From positions 223,111-287,110 of the forward strand of contig NMRA01000520.1 of the NCBI GenBank assembly GCA_002633005.1: DNA of 64,000 nt. The letters are read 5' to 3'. Shown here one piece after another: positions 37,601-52,600 of this stretch. Source of the DNA: Phoronis australis (taxonomy: Eukaryota; Animalia; Phoronida). The notes beneath the pieces were generated by a model. That model was not told where the DNA came from and did no database searches. It saw nothing but the letters and a program-made list of their open reading frames with translations. The position numbers and the translations under genes are program-made. The number at the start of each line of letters is the position of its first letter. Positions within the stretch are counted from its first letter, which is position 1.

Positions 37601-40600
37601 NNNNNNNNNNNNNNNNNNNNNNNNNNNNNNNNNNNNNNNNNNNNNNNNNNNNNNNNNNNNNNNNNNNNNNNNNNNNNNNNNNNNNNNNNNNNNNNNNNNN
37701 NNNNNNNNNNNNNNNNNNNNNNNNNNNNNNNNNNNNNNNNNNNNNNNNNNNNNNNNNNNNNNNNNNNNNNNNNNNNNNNNNNNNNNNNNNNNNNNNNNNN
37801 NNNNNNNNNNNNNNNNNNNNNNNNNNNNNNNNNNNNNNNNNNNNNNNNNNNNNNNNNNNNNNNNNNNNNNNNNNNNNNNNNNNNNNNNNNNNNNNNNNNN
37901 NNNNNNNNNNNNNNNNNNNNNNNNNNNNNNNNNNNNNNNNNNNNNNNNNNNNNNNNNCTCTATATTTTGCCTATGTGTATTTTTCCATTACAGTGCTCGT
38001 GTTTTTTGTTTTCAATATTTTAAACAAAGACACTTCACTGACAATTTTGAATTTGACAAACTAAGATCGGCAATAGTGAATGCCTTGCGTACTTCGTCGG
38101 CCCACACACACCCGCTAGGTGCCGCCACGGTCCATGACACAAAAATGGCGGCGGCCTTGGTGAATAGTCTTGTTAGCGTCTTTGGCCAAGATCCTTTCTA
38201 GAATCTTCCACGAGATGGCTCTGTCGTACAATTTCCTCTGTACACTGTAGCAAGTCTTTATGCTTCATTTACTATAGCTCATCTAATTATCTTGTTGATT
38301 TCAGCCCATGATATAACATTCTACTTATTTAGTGATTGGCTATTAAAAACCAAATGATCATATCCACTCATATTATTGGCTGTTACCATTTGTTCTCAGA
38401 ATATTCTCTATAGTACTTTGACCCCAGAACCCAAAGTTGTAAACACTGTCTAAAAATAGATTTTGACGTTAAAATACATGTCAACAAGTCTGACCCCATG
38501 ATTTAAAAGTACATATGTACAAATTTTGAGCAACTTAAAATGGATCTATTCTTACTAATTACTTAATCAATATTTATTCTGACATATATGTATTCATATT
38601 TTCTCGAACTAGGGGAAACCTGTTCAGAGGTTCTATCAGCTTAAGCAAGCTTTCTCTAAGTTTATACAAGATTGCGTGCCAACGGGAACTGAGGTTGGAG
38701 TTGTCACCTTCAACTACAGGGCTAACCCCAACACTCCCTTAGTGACGATCAGCAACCAGACTACTAGGGATCGGCTTGCAAATGCTCTTGACAGAAGTTC
38801 AGTGGGCGGTTCCACTGCCATTGCGTTGGGAATTGAAAAAGCCATGGAGGTAAGCTCAGCTTACGGATTGGTACATTTTTTTCATTTGAAAATACTTTTG
38901 ATAAAAAATTGGTTTACTTGTATAACATTGCAATTCTTAAGGCCTCAACCTGCAGTCGTTAGAAGTGGTTCGCCAGGTTCACTTTATCTTCCAATACCAC
39001 AGATGCAGGCTTTCAAGCGTTCGTTCATTTCCTACTTTTTTTTCTTGCTCTTTTGGTATGTTCCTACTTTTCCTACTGTTTTTTTCTGAAATTTCTAGTT
39101 TCCTACTCTGTTCCTCATTGCACTAAAATTTCCGTCTAAGTTGTATTTTTGGAGTGGTGAGTAGTCGTTTTAGATTATCAGGAGAAGCACACGAAGGACA
39201 AGCGATGCTAACCAAAAGACTATGTAGTTGGAGAGCCAGCAGGACGTATTCGCACTTTTGAGTAAAAAAGGTTTGAGTGCGTAATTCTATGGTAAATCAC
39301 CTACAAGTGAAGGAAAGGGGTGTTTTAAGTTGCACAATCCTGGGCTTTGGTCCCTGGGGGTCCAAAAGTTGACCCAAAAACCCATTTAATTAAAGATTTG
39401 GGTGCAACATCCATTTCAAAATTATCTCATTCAACTCACCACTTAAATTAAAAAGACGTGAAAATGCCCGGGTTATTACTAAGGCACCCACTGATTTCTG
39501 CTATGAATAAAACATTGTTTAAATTGAACAAAAATACAACTTAAGGCATAAAAAATCCTTGTGTTATTAATTAAGACACTTATTAATTAAGCGCCAACAG
39601 ATAAAAGACTCAAGCTTAAAGAAACAATTCGAGAGGAACGTTTAAACGAGAGCTACTTGTCTTTCTCACCGAAGATTGGTCACGCTACTTCTACAGTCCA
39701 CTTCTAGATAGAAGAGAAGTGTATTTTGGGGTGACGGGAGAGTACACTCGGCACTTTGTTGAGGATGTAGACGTATGTACGGCATCAGTTCCATCACTTG
39801 GAAGCCGAAACCTGAGTCATCCTTCGTATGATTGAGGTGCACAAGTCCACACCTGGGGACGTCATAAGAGCATCTGACACCAACATTCTAGTGTTGCTCC
39901 TACATCACGTCCATTGGGTTACATCCACGGTGTGGATGGAGGTTGGAATTAAACGACAAAGCAATTGGCGTTATTTAAACTTAACTAAGATTGTTACTGC
40001 AATGGCAGAGCTTTGTATGCAGCACTCCTCGGCCTACACGCGTTCACTGGATGTGACTATACCTGCTCATTTGTAAGGAAAGGAAAGAACAGACCATATG
40101 CAATCGTGGCGAAAAAGTGATCATTAAAATCTTGGAGGATTTTGTTTTTTGTGCTGTACAGAGCACAGAAACTTGTCCCACTCAAAAAGCAACGGTTTAA
40201 CGTTATTGACAAAACCTACATGTACAAACGAAAGTCAATGCTAAGCACCCACTTGAAATACTTAGAAGCATCAAAAGGCAGCAGCATTCCACCATGTGAA
40301 GCTGAACCAGCCCTTCTGGTGGATAGAAGTGCATCTTTTGCTAGACTTTGGGTAGCACTCATCTCCAATTCTAGGAAAAATCACCCACCAATGGATGGGA
40401 CAATGTTGACGGTGAATTTGGTATCATTTGGTTCAGTGGAGAACGGATGCCTCCTGCGCTCATTCCAGAAGTTCAAGTCGAATCTGAGGCAGATGATAAT
40501 GGTGACGATACAGAGAGAGAGATGTTTGTATGGAATGTGATGTAGACGATAATGATGATCCTCTAACAAGAGAAATGGACTCATCTGATGAAAACAGTGG

Positions 40601-43600
40601 TGACGATTATGACTTACATTGTAAATTTTTGCAATTAAAGTACAGTAGAGTGATTCATTATTGCCTTTTGGATTACGGTTTTATCATATGAAACACTAGA
40701 CTGTGCCATGCATCACAATCTCATGTAGTTTCATTTGTTGCCACTAGATACGCTTCAAGTAATAAGCTTTAATTTGAAGTCAGCTGATTTTGTAACCCCA
40801 GATGTGTCTTAACTTATGCTTTTGTTTCATTTTTGTTGTATTTGAAAGTGAATTAGTCATGTCTTCAGATTTTTTTTGTTCATTTGAAATAATGTTTTAT
40901 CCATAGTAGTAATCAAAACTGGCGTATTTTCTCCTTTATCGAAGTTCAGTTTTGTGAGTCTTCTTATCAGTCGTGGTCAAAACAACACCATTTTTTCTGC
41001 AAACCCCAGAAAAAGTAGTCCTAAGCTGTGGATATGGTATCCAGAGTTACTTAACTATCTTTCAGAAGAATGTTGTTGCACTTAAAGGTTTAAAGAAACC
41101 GTAAATAGGCCAGTATTTAATAAGTGTTTAAATTAATAATTCAAGAATTTTTCATGTCATCAATTCTTTCATTAGTTCATTTTTGGGTTCTATTTGTCCC
41201 CTTAGGGTCCAAACTCCGTCCCCCCTCCCCCGTCTTGTTTGCAAACCCCAGGAAAATCGCATCTTAAGCTATGGAAATGGTGTTCAGAATTACAGTAAGC
41301 TATCTTTTAGAAAAAAAGAATTTTTGTTACACTTAAAAGTTTAAAGAAATTATTAATCGGTCGTTAATTAGTTGGTGTCTTAATTAATAACCAAGCCATT
41401 TTCGCGTTTTTAGTTGCATCATTTTAATTTGGGTGGTGATATGAATGAAATAAAATTGAAATGAATGTTGCACTTAAAATTTTAATTAAATTGATTTTTG
41501 AGTTCTCTTTTGAACCCCCAAGTGATCAAAGACCAGGAATGTGCCACTAAGACGACCCTTTCCTTCAATGGTAGGTGATGTAAAATTGAATTATACGGTC
41601 GAACCTTTTGCACTCAAAAGTGTGAATGAAGTCCTGCTGACTCTCCAATGGTGAGTAATGCCTGTGGTGTGAAGTGAACGTCATTGGAAAGTATCGATGA
41701 AAACTACTCCTAAACGCATGTTCTTGTTCCTACTTTTTCCTACTTTTCCCTTCACAGTTCCTACTTTCTCATACTTTTTTAAACGTACCCTACCTTCTTC
41801 ATACTTTTTTGTCTAAAACTACTTGAAAGCCTGCGGATGTGCCATCATTTGACGAGGACCACATCGCTAAAGATGTATCTGCAAGCTTCTAACAATGCTA
41901 ATGTGTAAAAGGGACTAAATGACAATGCTATTTGAACATCATCTACGCTAAACAAAGTGCATTCGTATTCATTGACAACTTGAAAATGTAAAAATAAAAA
42001 ATGTGAACATGTGACATGTGCACTAATGACGTAGCTTGGGGGCTCACATAACCCGCATCGTGCACTGTTATTCTCCAACACCACGTCAAGATACTTACTG
42101 AACGCGGTTAGGTGATTTACATGTACGGCTGATCGTTTTCGACACAAAACTCATCCATAAAAACATTTGGCAATTTTCACCATACTTCATATTCACATCG
42201 TCGCCATATCTTGAGTTTCTAACTAAATTGACCAAGCAATCGAAGAGATGAGGAATTAACGTGAAAGTTCCACTTTAAAGCCCATCTTGAACGGTAACAC
42301 CTGTAAATTGGGTTACTATAGTATGTTAAGAGCATTGCTCCGAGTCCACTAGAGCCATAAATTGCCAAAAGTAACAAAGTGTTAAGGCTTATTGGCTTGA
42401 TTTGTGTACGTCACCGCGAGAATCACCTTTCAATTCAAACAGTTGCGAGTAAAACTCGCACGCAATGAAGTTCCATTATGACCTTCAATACAACTGTTAT
42501 CGGCATTTTGTTGTTTGTGATGGGATCTCGCGGTGACGCAACATGGCATGAAAAGGCAGCTTCACTTATCCTTTGACGGGCTTACACTTGCGCAATTGAA
42601 CTTGCGTTGTCTTATTTTACTAAGGCTTTGCTAGGACTATCTGGTTTGCTCAATACATCTAAAGTAACAAAATTCCGTAGAAGTTAGGCTTTAATGATTT
42701 GATCATTTTCTGCCACCGTTAGTGTCCTAACGGCAGCTTCTTGCATTTTCATAAACAAACTGAGAACGACTACGTTGGAGTTGAGCGGGATAGGTACACT
42801 TAAGTGTTCATGATAGTCGAGGGTATGATATCGTAATACAATATTGAAACTTTATTGCAGATGCTAGGTGCAGGTGACCTAACTGGTAGCAAACTTTTGG
42901 TCATGACGGATGGCGCCGAGCTTGTTTCGCCATTTAAGCTGTCGCTAAAAAATCAAGACTTTCTCCGCCGTGTGACCAGTTCTGGAGTTGTCATTGATGC
43001 ACTTGGTTTTGGATTGGAAGCTTCCGAGAAGGTCGAGTCTCTAGCAACAACAACGGGTAAGGCTGTAAAAAAGCAGGCAACTGTAACAGTATACAACACA
43101 TGTACGCACGGCGCAGACGCAGAGGATATAAAAAGATTCCTGATTACCTTCTGGTCTATTGGTCAATTTAAAATCCTCACGAGTGAACCAGAATCAACTC
43201 CCTTACACGTGTTTCTTTATGGTACCGGTTACTTCTGATAGTAAGCACCGCAGGATTTGTATTCGAGAAACTAAGTCTAGTTGTGGCGTGCTTCAGGAAA
43301 CATACATGCATGGCGTATACAGGGTAATGAATCGGCAAATATGTTGTGATGAGTGTTGGTCTAGCTATTTCTAAAGATAGGCATGATTAGAGCACTGCAA
43401 AGCGGTGAAATGTGTTTAATGCACGACTATTTCGAAACGGATGTGTTACAGTGTATGTAATATAAAAAATAAAAAGGTCACTGAGGGACGCAGCATGAGT
43501 CAGACATGTCTCTAACATGCCTTCTTCGACAAATTTGACAGCGAAACGACGAGAAGGTATTCAGTTTAGAGAGACAGTGGTCCTGGGTTTGAGCTACTCG

Positions 43601-46600
43601 GGTTCAAAGCCGAGATTTACAGTCGAGATTTCACAAACGTGTCTCTTACTCCTCAGAGTTCGTTCTTATTCGTTGAAATGTGCACGGAAGTGGCTGTGTA
43701 CCCATAGTGCAAAAACAATTGATTTGAGGGTGCCAATATTTAAGGCGGTTTTGTCATATTGCTCTGGCCGATCTCTCCTAGTGAATTAAGTTTGATAACG
43801 ATTTAAGAATTTCAAACGCCTCAATGGCAACAGCCAACAACACCGGCTTTATGTAGCGTTCAACACAAGCATTGGTCTGAACGTATTGAATTATTATACT
43901 TTAAGCGTAGCTCTAATGAAACTGAAATGATTTGATTTCCTCAGCTCAAAAGAGGCCTAACTTTCTGTTTATCGTTCAGGTGGCCAAGTATTCTACTATT
44001 CCGAGAGTTTACAGTCTACTGCCCTGGACCGAGCGCTGGCTAAAACAGTTCAGGAATTCGGCAACGTTCCTAACGAGGTGGCTATTTTATTCTATTTTAT
44101 TTGTTTTCAATGTAGATGTATTAAGGTTAATTGCCCTCAAAGAGAATGGTTGAACATCTGATACATGTATGTTAAAACCACGTACCTCAAACTTTCAATG
44201 AACATAATGTTGTTTCAAAATTGTTTTGTCGCAGTATTCCCCAACCCCCATTCCCCCTTTTGTTGGTGTCTCACATCCTTGTAATGCATTTTATATGATA
44301 TTAAACCCTAATTTTTAGGTTGCCTGCTACACTGCGCAGTTTACTAACGCCAGTAACGTACATGAAGGCATTGTAAACATCGACGCCTTCCTAGGTAAAG
44401 ACACAAAGTTCATTATTTCGTGCCCAGAAGGAAGCAAATTTAACGTAAGTAAACATACATGTACAGGCAATATACCGTGCTTATTCGATTGCGTCAGTAT
44501 CGGGGCATTAACAAAACATTTTTAGTCGTGTTTTGCTATAAGCTTCCCCTACTAGGACATGGCACAATATTTGGCTACTACAGAAAGATAAAGATGGCAG
44601 GACAACAAGAATATAACAAAAGTCACACATGAAATTAACATTAACATGTAGATAAGTAAGCACTAATATAAGCTAATTTCAGCCCTCTTTACTGCATTAG
44701 CTAATAAATTAATGCATAATATAAATTACATAACGCTGCTGCACTGCTCCTGCAAGATGCACAATGAACAAGAGTGGTAAAGCTAACTATTGACACACAC
44801 GCGTGCAGACTAACAGCAAAAACTAAAGCTGATGAATGCAAATGGATTTTGAACTTGTTTACCATTTTGTATGAGGTACCATTTCGTTTAATTTCAAGGA
44901 ATGTTTTCATAACAGTAGCCTGTAATTTTCACAATGTAATTCTGTAAATCATCACCTCTTATTAGTCTAACACAGAAAGCTATTTATACTAATTCAAGCT
45001 CAATTTTAAAGGCTTTGAAAGTTGTGCACATACTTCAGTTACCCACTCTTGACAACCAGTTTTGTCTATAGACATCCAGAATTCTTAAACCCATAGCATT
45101 CTTAAACCACTGCGTGTTCATTCTTTCCTCCAACCAAAGTTGAGACAAACCTGCACCAATTTCTTCTACCCAAGGAGAGATATATATTTGCATCATGCAT
45201 AATTGTTTTAGTAATCTAAACATTGTACAACAAAGTTTTGACACATTCCAACATCAAATAGTTCAATTTACAGTAATCTTTCACTTTTAAAAAGTTTTTA
45301 CAGAATTTCATGTGGACGGTTTCTAGTGCATTAAAATCTTCATGTCCCCAAATTTCTGAGCTGAGTTGGGTTCAATAGCTGATCAAATACTTGTATCTCC
45401 GCCTGCATATCAATTGTTTTGTCTATTCTTTTAGCTTTACTAAGCAAACTGAACTTAGCTCGTCTTCTTTGGCTTATGTGCCTCGCCAATGATTTGCTGT
45501 ATCAGTTATTGTAGATAAGCAAGCATCCACGATAAACGTAATCATCCACAATGTCGAGTTTATCATCACCAAAGGTAAAATTTAAATGTTGTGGATACTA
45601 CCTCCCAAAAACATCCTTTTCGTGATATTTTGCAATGGCTAGTTGCAACGAAGTTTAGCTGGCTTGGATTAAGAAACACTCGGATGCGAACTGCCGCTCC
45701 CATTTATATGTGATTGGCATTAAAAAATGTTATATGTAAAAGTCCACCACTCTCGTTCATTTTTTATCCTCTTTCTTTGGCTTCACTCAGTATGGACATA
45801 ATTTTGGAAGATTAAATCTGGTTTGTTTTAACACAAAACGGGTACTTCGTACAAAATGCAATAAAATATTTCGAAGGAATACGTCCGCACTTAGATGTTT
45901 GTTCAGTGAAAATTGCAACTAACACTCAAAACATGGCTTGCAAAGGTTTAGATCGGTATCCACTAGCGTTTCTGTGTCTCCATCACAGTTTTGCGCCTAT
46001 TTATTCGCCACTGTTTATGTTTAAATTTTAGATCTCTGCGGCATGCAGGGCTTACCAGCCGCGACCCAAATTCCAATACTTCTTAGCAGTTAGCCGAGTT
46101 AATAGTTGTTGTTGTTGTCATTGTCGTTGTTGTCATTGTTGTCTTCATTGCCCACGTGGTTTCTGTCACCGTTTTGGTTGCTACAAATGTTACTGCTGTT
46201 TTTGTTGTTATTGTTGTTGTTTTTCTTGCCTTTAGTAATGTATCATAAAATCTTCACTGCACCAGGTCACCCTCACAAGTCCCAGTGGAAAATCCTATAG
46301 ATACGCCGATAAGGAATATGAACACGACGAACTGCGTAATGTCATACGGATCACTCTTCCGCATGCTGAGGTATGTTTATTTGCCAAATGTCGTGTAGCA
46401 CCTACATGTACATGTTATCTTTGATCATGACAAACTTCCACTTACGAGAAGGAAGGGGTTTACTGGAGGTGAGTGCTCCCAATATTTTCGGAATTTATGC
46501 ATGTACTTGGCTAAATAAACTCGCGCAAGTGCAACAAGTTGTTATTCGGAACAGCTTAGGTATTTCTAGCGTCACATTTCTCCACGGAGGTGAACGTTGT

Positions 46601-49600
46601 CTGCCCATGCGCCAATTTCAGTGACACTGCTAAGGAGGCACAGAACAGTTCTCACTGGGTTTTGCCTAGCAAAACACACATCACTTGATTTGTAACCTTT
46701 TCTTCACTCTGTCAAAAACAGGATGCAAAGAATGGCATGTTTTCAATTATTTCACATAAAAAGCCCAGCAGATGAGCACAGAAACTTTATTCTTTCTTGT
46801 ATTTTTAACCATTTCATTCCCACTGAAAACCAAGCTAGACTAAGAAAAATAAGGACAAAAAATGCAAAATCGGCACTTTTCACCCGAAAAACACCACTTC
46901 CCTGCCAATGCACGACTAAAACCAACATGAGAGTCTGAAAGCAAATTTCCTACCGATTCCGAAAATGTGGTCCAAAAGTACAGTCAACCAACTAGTTTTT
47001 TGGCAATTCTTGCTTGTTTGAGGGCTACCTAAAATCACAGCCAATTTCTCGGTCGCTACCCAACAATGCACAATTGCAGCCGGGGGCCTCCATCTTGAAG
47101 AAGATTGCAGCTACTGCCAAGAAAGTGGCCTTTTTTTATTCACAGCATGTTCACAAATACAAACAAACCACATTCTGAGCCTACGTGCAATGCCCACCTA
47201 CAAAATGCCCCCAAACTTGGCCTACCCCAAAATTTCTATATTTTGGGAGTGCAAATTGGCCGCGGCCGCAGCCTAACTATTCAGTGCCACCTAATCATGC
47301 ATACAAGTTTGAAAGTCACACGATATGCCACGTGACGAGTCCGCACACGCGCAGATAAGGTTCATTCTCGAGCAATATACCCGAGGCGTTTCGGGTGAGT
47401 GGCATTTTCAATTACATGAATGTATTTGCTTGTCGGTCTTCTTAATTCCCAATCTTAAGGTGCTTTCCCAAAGCTTTGCCGAAACTTTGCTTGCCTTTTC
47501 CACTAGACAGCTATGTCGAAGTTATCGGTTATTCAGTCATTGAAGTAAATGTAAACACCAGACGGCGCTGTTCAAACATACTCTCAAACGAATATTGAGT
47601 GGTTGGTTCGAGGCTAACATGAAGTGGCCGAACAGGTCACGTTACGCTTTTTCTATATGTTTTAGTTTCATTTTTCATATACCCGAATACTGTTACGGTA
47701 GGTGGGCAACTGGACATATCGCATTTCAACCACTGATGACCTTGGAAAAGATGTGAAGAATGTCATTGTCAATGTGAAATCATTCCCGCCAGATGACGTT
47801 ATCCCAATCGAAGTTCAAGCGTGGGTCAACAAAGCCGAAATCATTTACACTGACGATCATATAATACTCTATGTGGATGTGAGTTTCGCTAAATGAATAA
47901 ATTTTACTTACAATTCCAGGCACTGCACTACTCATTTTGGTCAGACGGATATTCTACAGTTGTATTTATATACAAATTTAACCTGTTAAATAGCTGTTGT
48001 AGGCTTTTGGTCGATTTACTTGTTACAATTTAGTACTTGATTCCATGTATATTAAATTTTCGTTCGCACAAGTTGCCCGACTCTTTCCTTAGATTTCCCA
48101 AGGTCAAGCACCGGTGATAAATGCCACAGTGAAGGCCATCGTTGACCGTCCACAAGGGGGCGTTGTATCTCTTAGTCTAAAAGACAATGGTTGCGGTAAG
48201 TATNCCCCCCCCCCCTCCCCCATAGTGATTTCTCACTAAATTAGCCATAGGCCAATCACCAATATGAATTCTAACAAAAGAAGATACTGTTGCATGAAAT
48301 TGAAGATTCGATATGAGAAGTTCCAGTCAAAATATTCAAATCAAGATCGGTAGACTGCAGTGCCCGGTTACATGGCACAAATCCCAAATAGGCACTCAAC
48401 TAAGCTCCCTACATCTTTTGCCTATTTGTGCCTTTCTTTACTCTCGGAGGTAATATTTTCATGAGCTTCTCTTTGACTAAGGGCATTCATTGTAATATAC
48501 AGGGCCGTCCCCCATCTGAGGGATAAGGTGCCTCTACATGTACACGTACTTTAAAAAGGTGTATTCTGGTTGTATTTACTAGAAGCGGAATTTTCGCGTC
48601 GCTTTTTACTTAGGGGGATTTTTTTGGGATTTCATTGCTTTTTATGACAATGCTCTTTGATAATTTCAGGAATAAGCAAATAACAACCTCAAGTTGAATT
48701 ATAAAAAGTAGGTCACTGTATACATGCACCATTTTGTTCTACTAGAGTAAGTGAAGACGACCTGTTTTCAGAAAGCTGATTCGTCAGCCTAGCTACGCTT
48801 TCGGCGTCCTCATCCGATGTATTACAAATAGCTTGGCTAATGCAAGCATCAAGACAATGATTCGTGTTCGCATAAACACAGAACAGTGGACATGTTAGTA
48901 AACATACATCGAGGAAATTGACTTTCAAAACTTGCTACTAATATGCCAGAACCACATGCACACATGTACTAACACCGTATAGTGAGTTAAGCAATATTTG
49001 TAAATAAGAGACCCCCATCTTGTACCATAGATCATACATTACTGTCACAATAATGAAAAAATTTCCTAAGCAATGTTTTTGTCACATACCCTCAAGTTTG
49101 ACCATTCAGTCCTTATTTCAGCTCAGGGAGATTCGAAGGGCAATAGTTAACTGTTCTTCTAACAGTGTTGTTGACCATAGTGTATAATGCTGATGTGTTA
49201 GCTCTTCAAACTTGCTCTGCTTGACACTGATTCTGGGAGAAGGGTTCAGCAAGTGCAACAGTGAACAGATTTTGCGCAATTCTCCTCTTGTAGAACTTGT
49301 CAGTGTGCCACTTTGAACCGCAGACGCAGGGGACATTTCTTTTAATTTCGTGTTTCCGATGCTAGAGAGTGAAATAACGCTAAATTATGTCTAGCACTCC
49401 TGTACACTATGTGGCACTTTGTTTATAAGGAGTCCAGTTTGTGACGTTTCAGGTGTCTGGCTGTATCGTGACTGTCAGTGGGTTTAAATACGATATTTTT
49501 GAGGTTATATGAGGTTAAAACCATGAGGGTAATTTTTTGTTCGGATTGTATTTTTTGACCTGATGAAGGGAATTTTTGGGATTTTCGATTATTTTTGAAA

Positions 49601-52600
49601 GGCGAATGGGGCCGATATTTGGCCCCAGTTTTGAGGGATCAAGGGTCCTGAGTTCAATGAAAATAAATAGGGACGTAGCCCTTAAGTTAGGGGCGTTGCG
49701 TGGAAAGATCCCTGTATATCATCGTTAACATTGATAATTCAACGTAGAGTTGACTTAGTAATGAAACTAAAACAGTGTAATATATAAATGAAACTGAAAT
49801 AGTGGGTCAATTGCTGTTTTTACAAATCCACAAGTACGCAATACATTTAGGGAACTTAGTCGAGTTTCTATATTGAATTGTTTCATGCAACGGCGCACAA
49901 GGATCTTCGCCAAAATGACCCACCGAGGTTGCATGACGTCATATCCGTACACAGCAACTAGGTGGGAGATGCACTTGTATGAGGTAACCACCCAACAGCA
50001 TGTGAATCCAATTAGCCGTTTCTGAAATATAATGATCCGAAGTTAGCCAGAACGGGATATCTTTCTTTGGCCTTAACTAACCTTAGATAATGATTTTTAA
50101 AATTTTAAGCATGATCCGTGATGGAAGAAAATATTTTTTGAGTATTGCATTTTAATTTCAGAAGGCATTTTAACTAATGATGACAACTACTTTTCCATAT
50201 GTTTTGGAGTTCGTTTTCGTTAAACAACTCGTTTCTGTGTAGTTTAAAGTTGAAGCCACCATGATAGCCTCACAGTATCTGCAACAGGATATAGCATGTC
50301 GAAACTATTGTCAACAGGCGCTGATTCCCAAGAAGACGACGGTGTTTACTCAATATACTTCACTGGGATCGTCTCGAACGGACGATATTCAGTCGATGTG
50401 GTCGTGGACAACTCCGATAACGCCGCAGCAACACTGTTTAATGGGGGTGGCAATTCCGGAGCCTTTGTGATATGGCAAAGTAAATATGATTGGCATTATA
50501 TACATGCAGTTTTAGCGCATATACACAATCTTTCAGTATCAATCAAGGTAATTTAGTTGTGCCTTTTGAACACAGGAACTATGCCTGTTCAAGTATCAGT
50601 AAATAAATAATACTGGGCTCGAAACATTCCAGATAACTGCGTTCAAGTGCAAGAGACATAAAATGGGCGTGTTTTGGTTGACGTACATGTATGTCACACC
50701 CCTTCACCCCAAAGCAGACTCAGTCCCCCCAAAAATACGTCATCGGTTACGCTATTTTTCGGAGGCTTGCAAGCATTTCCTTCGAAAGACGTGGCAGATC
50801 TCAATGCAGTTCCGGGTACTCTCACCTATAACCGGAAGTGGATAAAATTTCATTTAGAATTGGTGATACATAGCCGTCTGTTCATATTGGGTCTTCCGAC
50901 AACAACACTTTCCGCAGTCATCCTACTTGCGCAGTGGCCTCCTTGTCATGATTTTGCCAAAGTGGGCAAAAAGCACATTAAACAAAAGTGGCTAGCTTGA
51001 ACATAAATCCAACTTATCTTAAAGATTCCATGTCTCTTTAAACCGTGAGTATTCCAATTTGTAGCAAGCGCCAGCTTGTGGCGTCCTGGAGATTTGTGTG
51101 TCCAACTGCAGTCCGGAAAAGAAACAAACTGTAAATAATTTGCGGTTTTAAAGAAAAAATGATATTTTTAAAACATGTTTAGACGTATAAAAAATAGTAA
51201 TTCCAAATATTGCGCAATTGTTATTTGATAGTGAAATACATAAGAAATAAAAATTGTGCCTTGTTTCATTAGTTTCATGTAACGTTTGAATATTACTATT
51301 CTTATTTACATAAAAACAAACTCGCAAAACGAGACTTTCGCGAGATTGTAATGGTAACTGGTTCGCGGATGGTTTCCGTCATACCAGAAGACCCGCGGTT
51401 GTTGGTAAACTAGAATTTCATTTGCATATCCATAATTTAATGTGACATAGTAACTTTAAGCTAAGCATTGATCATATCTGTTTTTGGCCAAAATGAGTAC
51501 CACAGATTACTCTGGTGCTCAGATTTTGGACAAGGATAATGCCACCCTCGGGCTCCTCATAAAGGAGGATATGTAGATACGATTGAATCATGCTGAGCGC
51601 AATATGTATGGAAACATTGGTTCATTTGAGCTCCAATTGTTTTGATTTCTGGTTTCTTCCCTCACAATGCACGTTCACGTGTACCTCAGTGTACACCTAC
51701 AGTCTGCTCTCCACCTCTGTCACCTGATTGGAATATTTTGAACGTTTGTCTTGTGCCTTGAGAATGATTTCCATAGACAATAACCTGAAACGTCCATCAG
51801 TATGTCGTTCTTTTTACATATGGGTTGATTTTAAAGTAAGCTATGCATTACTGGTCTCAACTGACTGGATAATTTTGCAGATGACACTGCGGACGCGCAG
51901 CCATTGGGTTTACCGTATTTTACAAGAACTACTATAGCAGGTGCTTTCACAGTGCGGAGCTACACGAACTCTACCGATCCATATCCGCCAAGTCGCATCA
52001 CCGATCTGATTATTGTTAGATATTCCCATTTGAATCAATCGGTAACCCTTTCCTTCACTGCGCCTGGTGACGATTTGGACAACGGTAGAGGTATGCCCCG
52101 TTTCTTCTTCATCTTATACACTGTAGGTTGTGTTTTGTAAAACGAAAAGCGTTGATTTATACGGACAATCGATTACATGGATGACAACTGTGAGGCGTGT
52201 GAATATCACGAAAAACAGCTGCGTTATTTGCCAAGCAGGACCCGGGTTCTAATCCATGTGCTCGAAATCGAAATCGGACTTATTTTTGACTTTTGGCATT
52301 TTCCATTCTGCTGTTATGTGAACAATAGGTCCTCGGTTATTGTAGTTTTCGTGGATGTATGTATAATCCTAGTTTGCACTCTAAATTAAAGTTTTAATTT
52401 CTAGTTTGTAATCGAAAATTCGTTTTTGCTGAAGTCTCAAGTTTTTAATCGTGTTTGTCAATCGAATCCAACAATAATCAAGTGCAAACTTTGACTAGAA
52501 ATTCAAACACCCGACCATACAAAAGTAAATGAAAATATCATGAAAATTTCTAGCTCATATTCCAGAAAAATAGACCCCTTGCCTGCATTCTACTCAAGTT

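Noticed and set aside
36836-38023. 395-aa ORF
   Set aside because: Mostly N-gap; no recognisable domain.
46106-46300. Leu-rich TM-like 64-aa ORF
   Set aside because: (TTG)n low-complexity tract upstream of CLCA-B exon 10, in a different frame.
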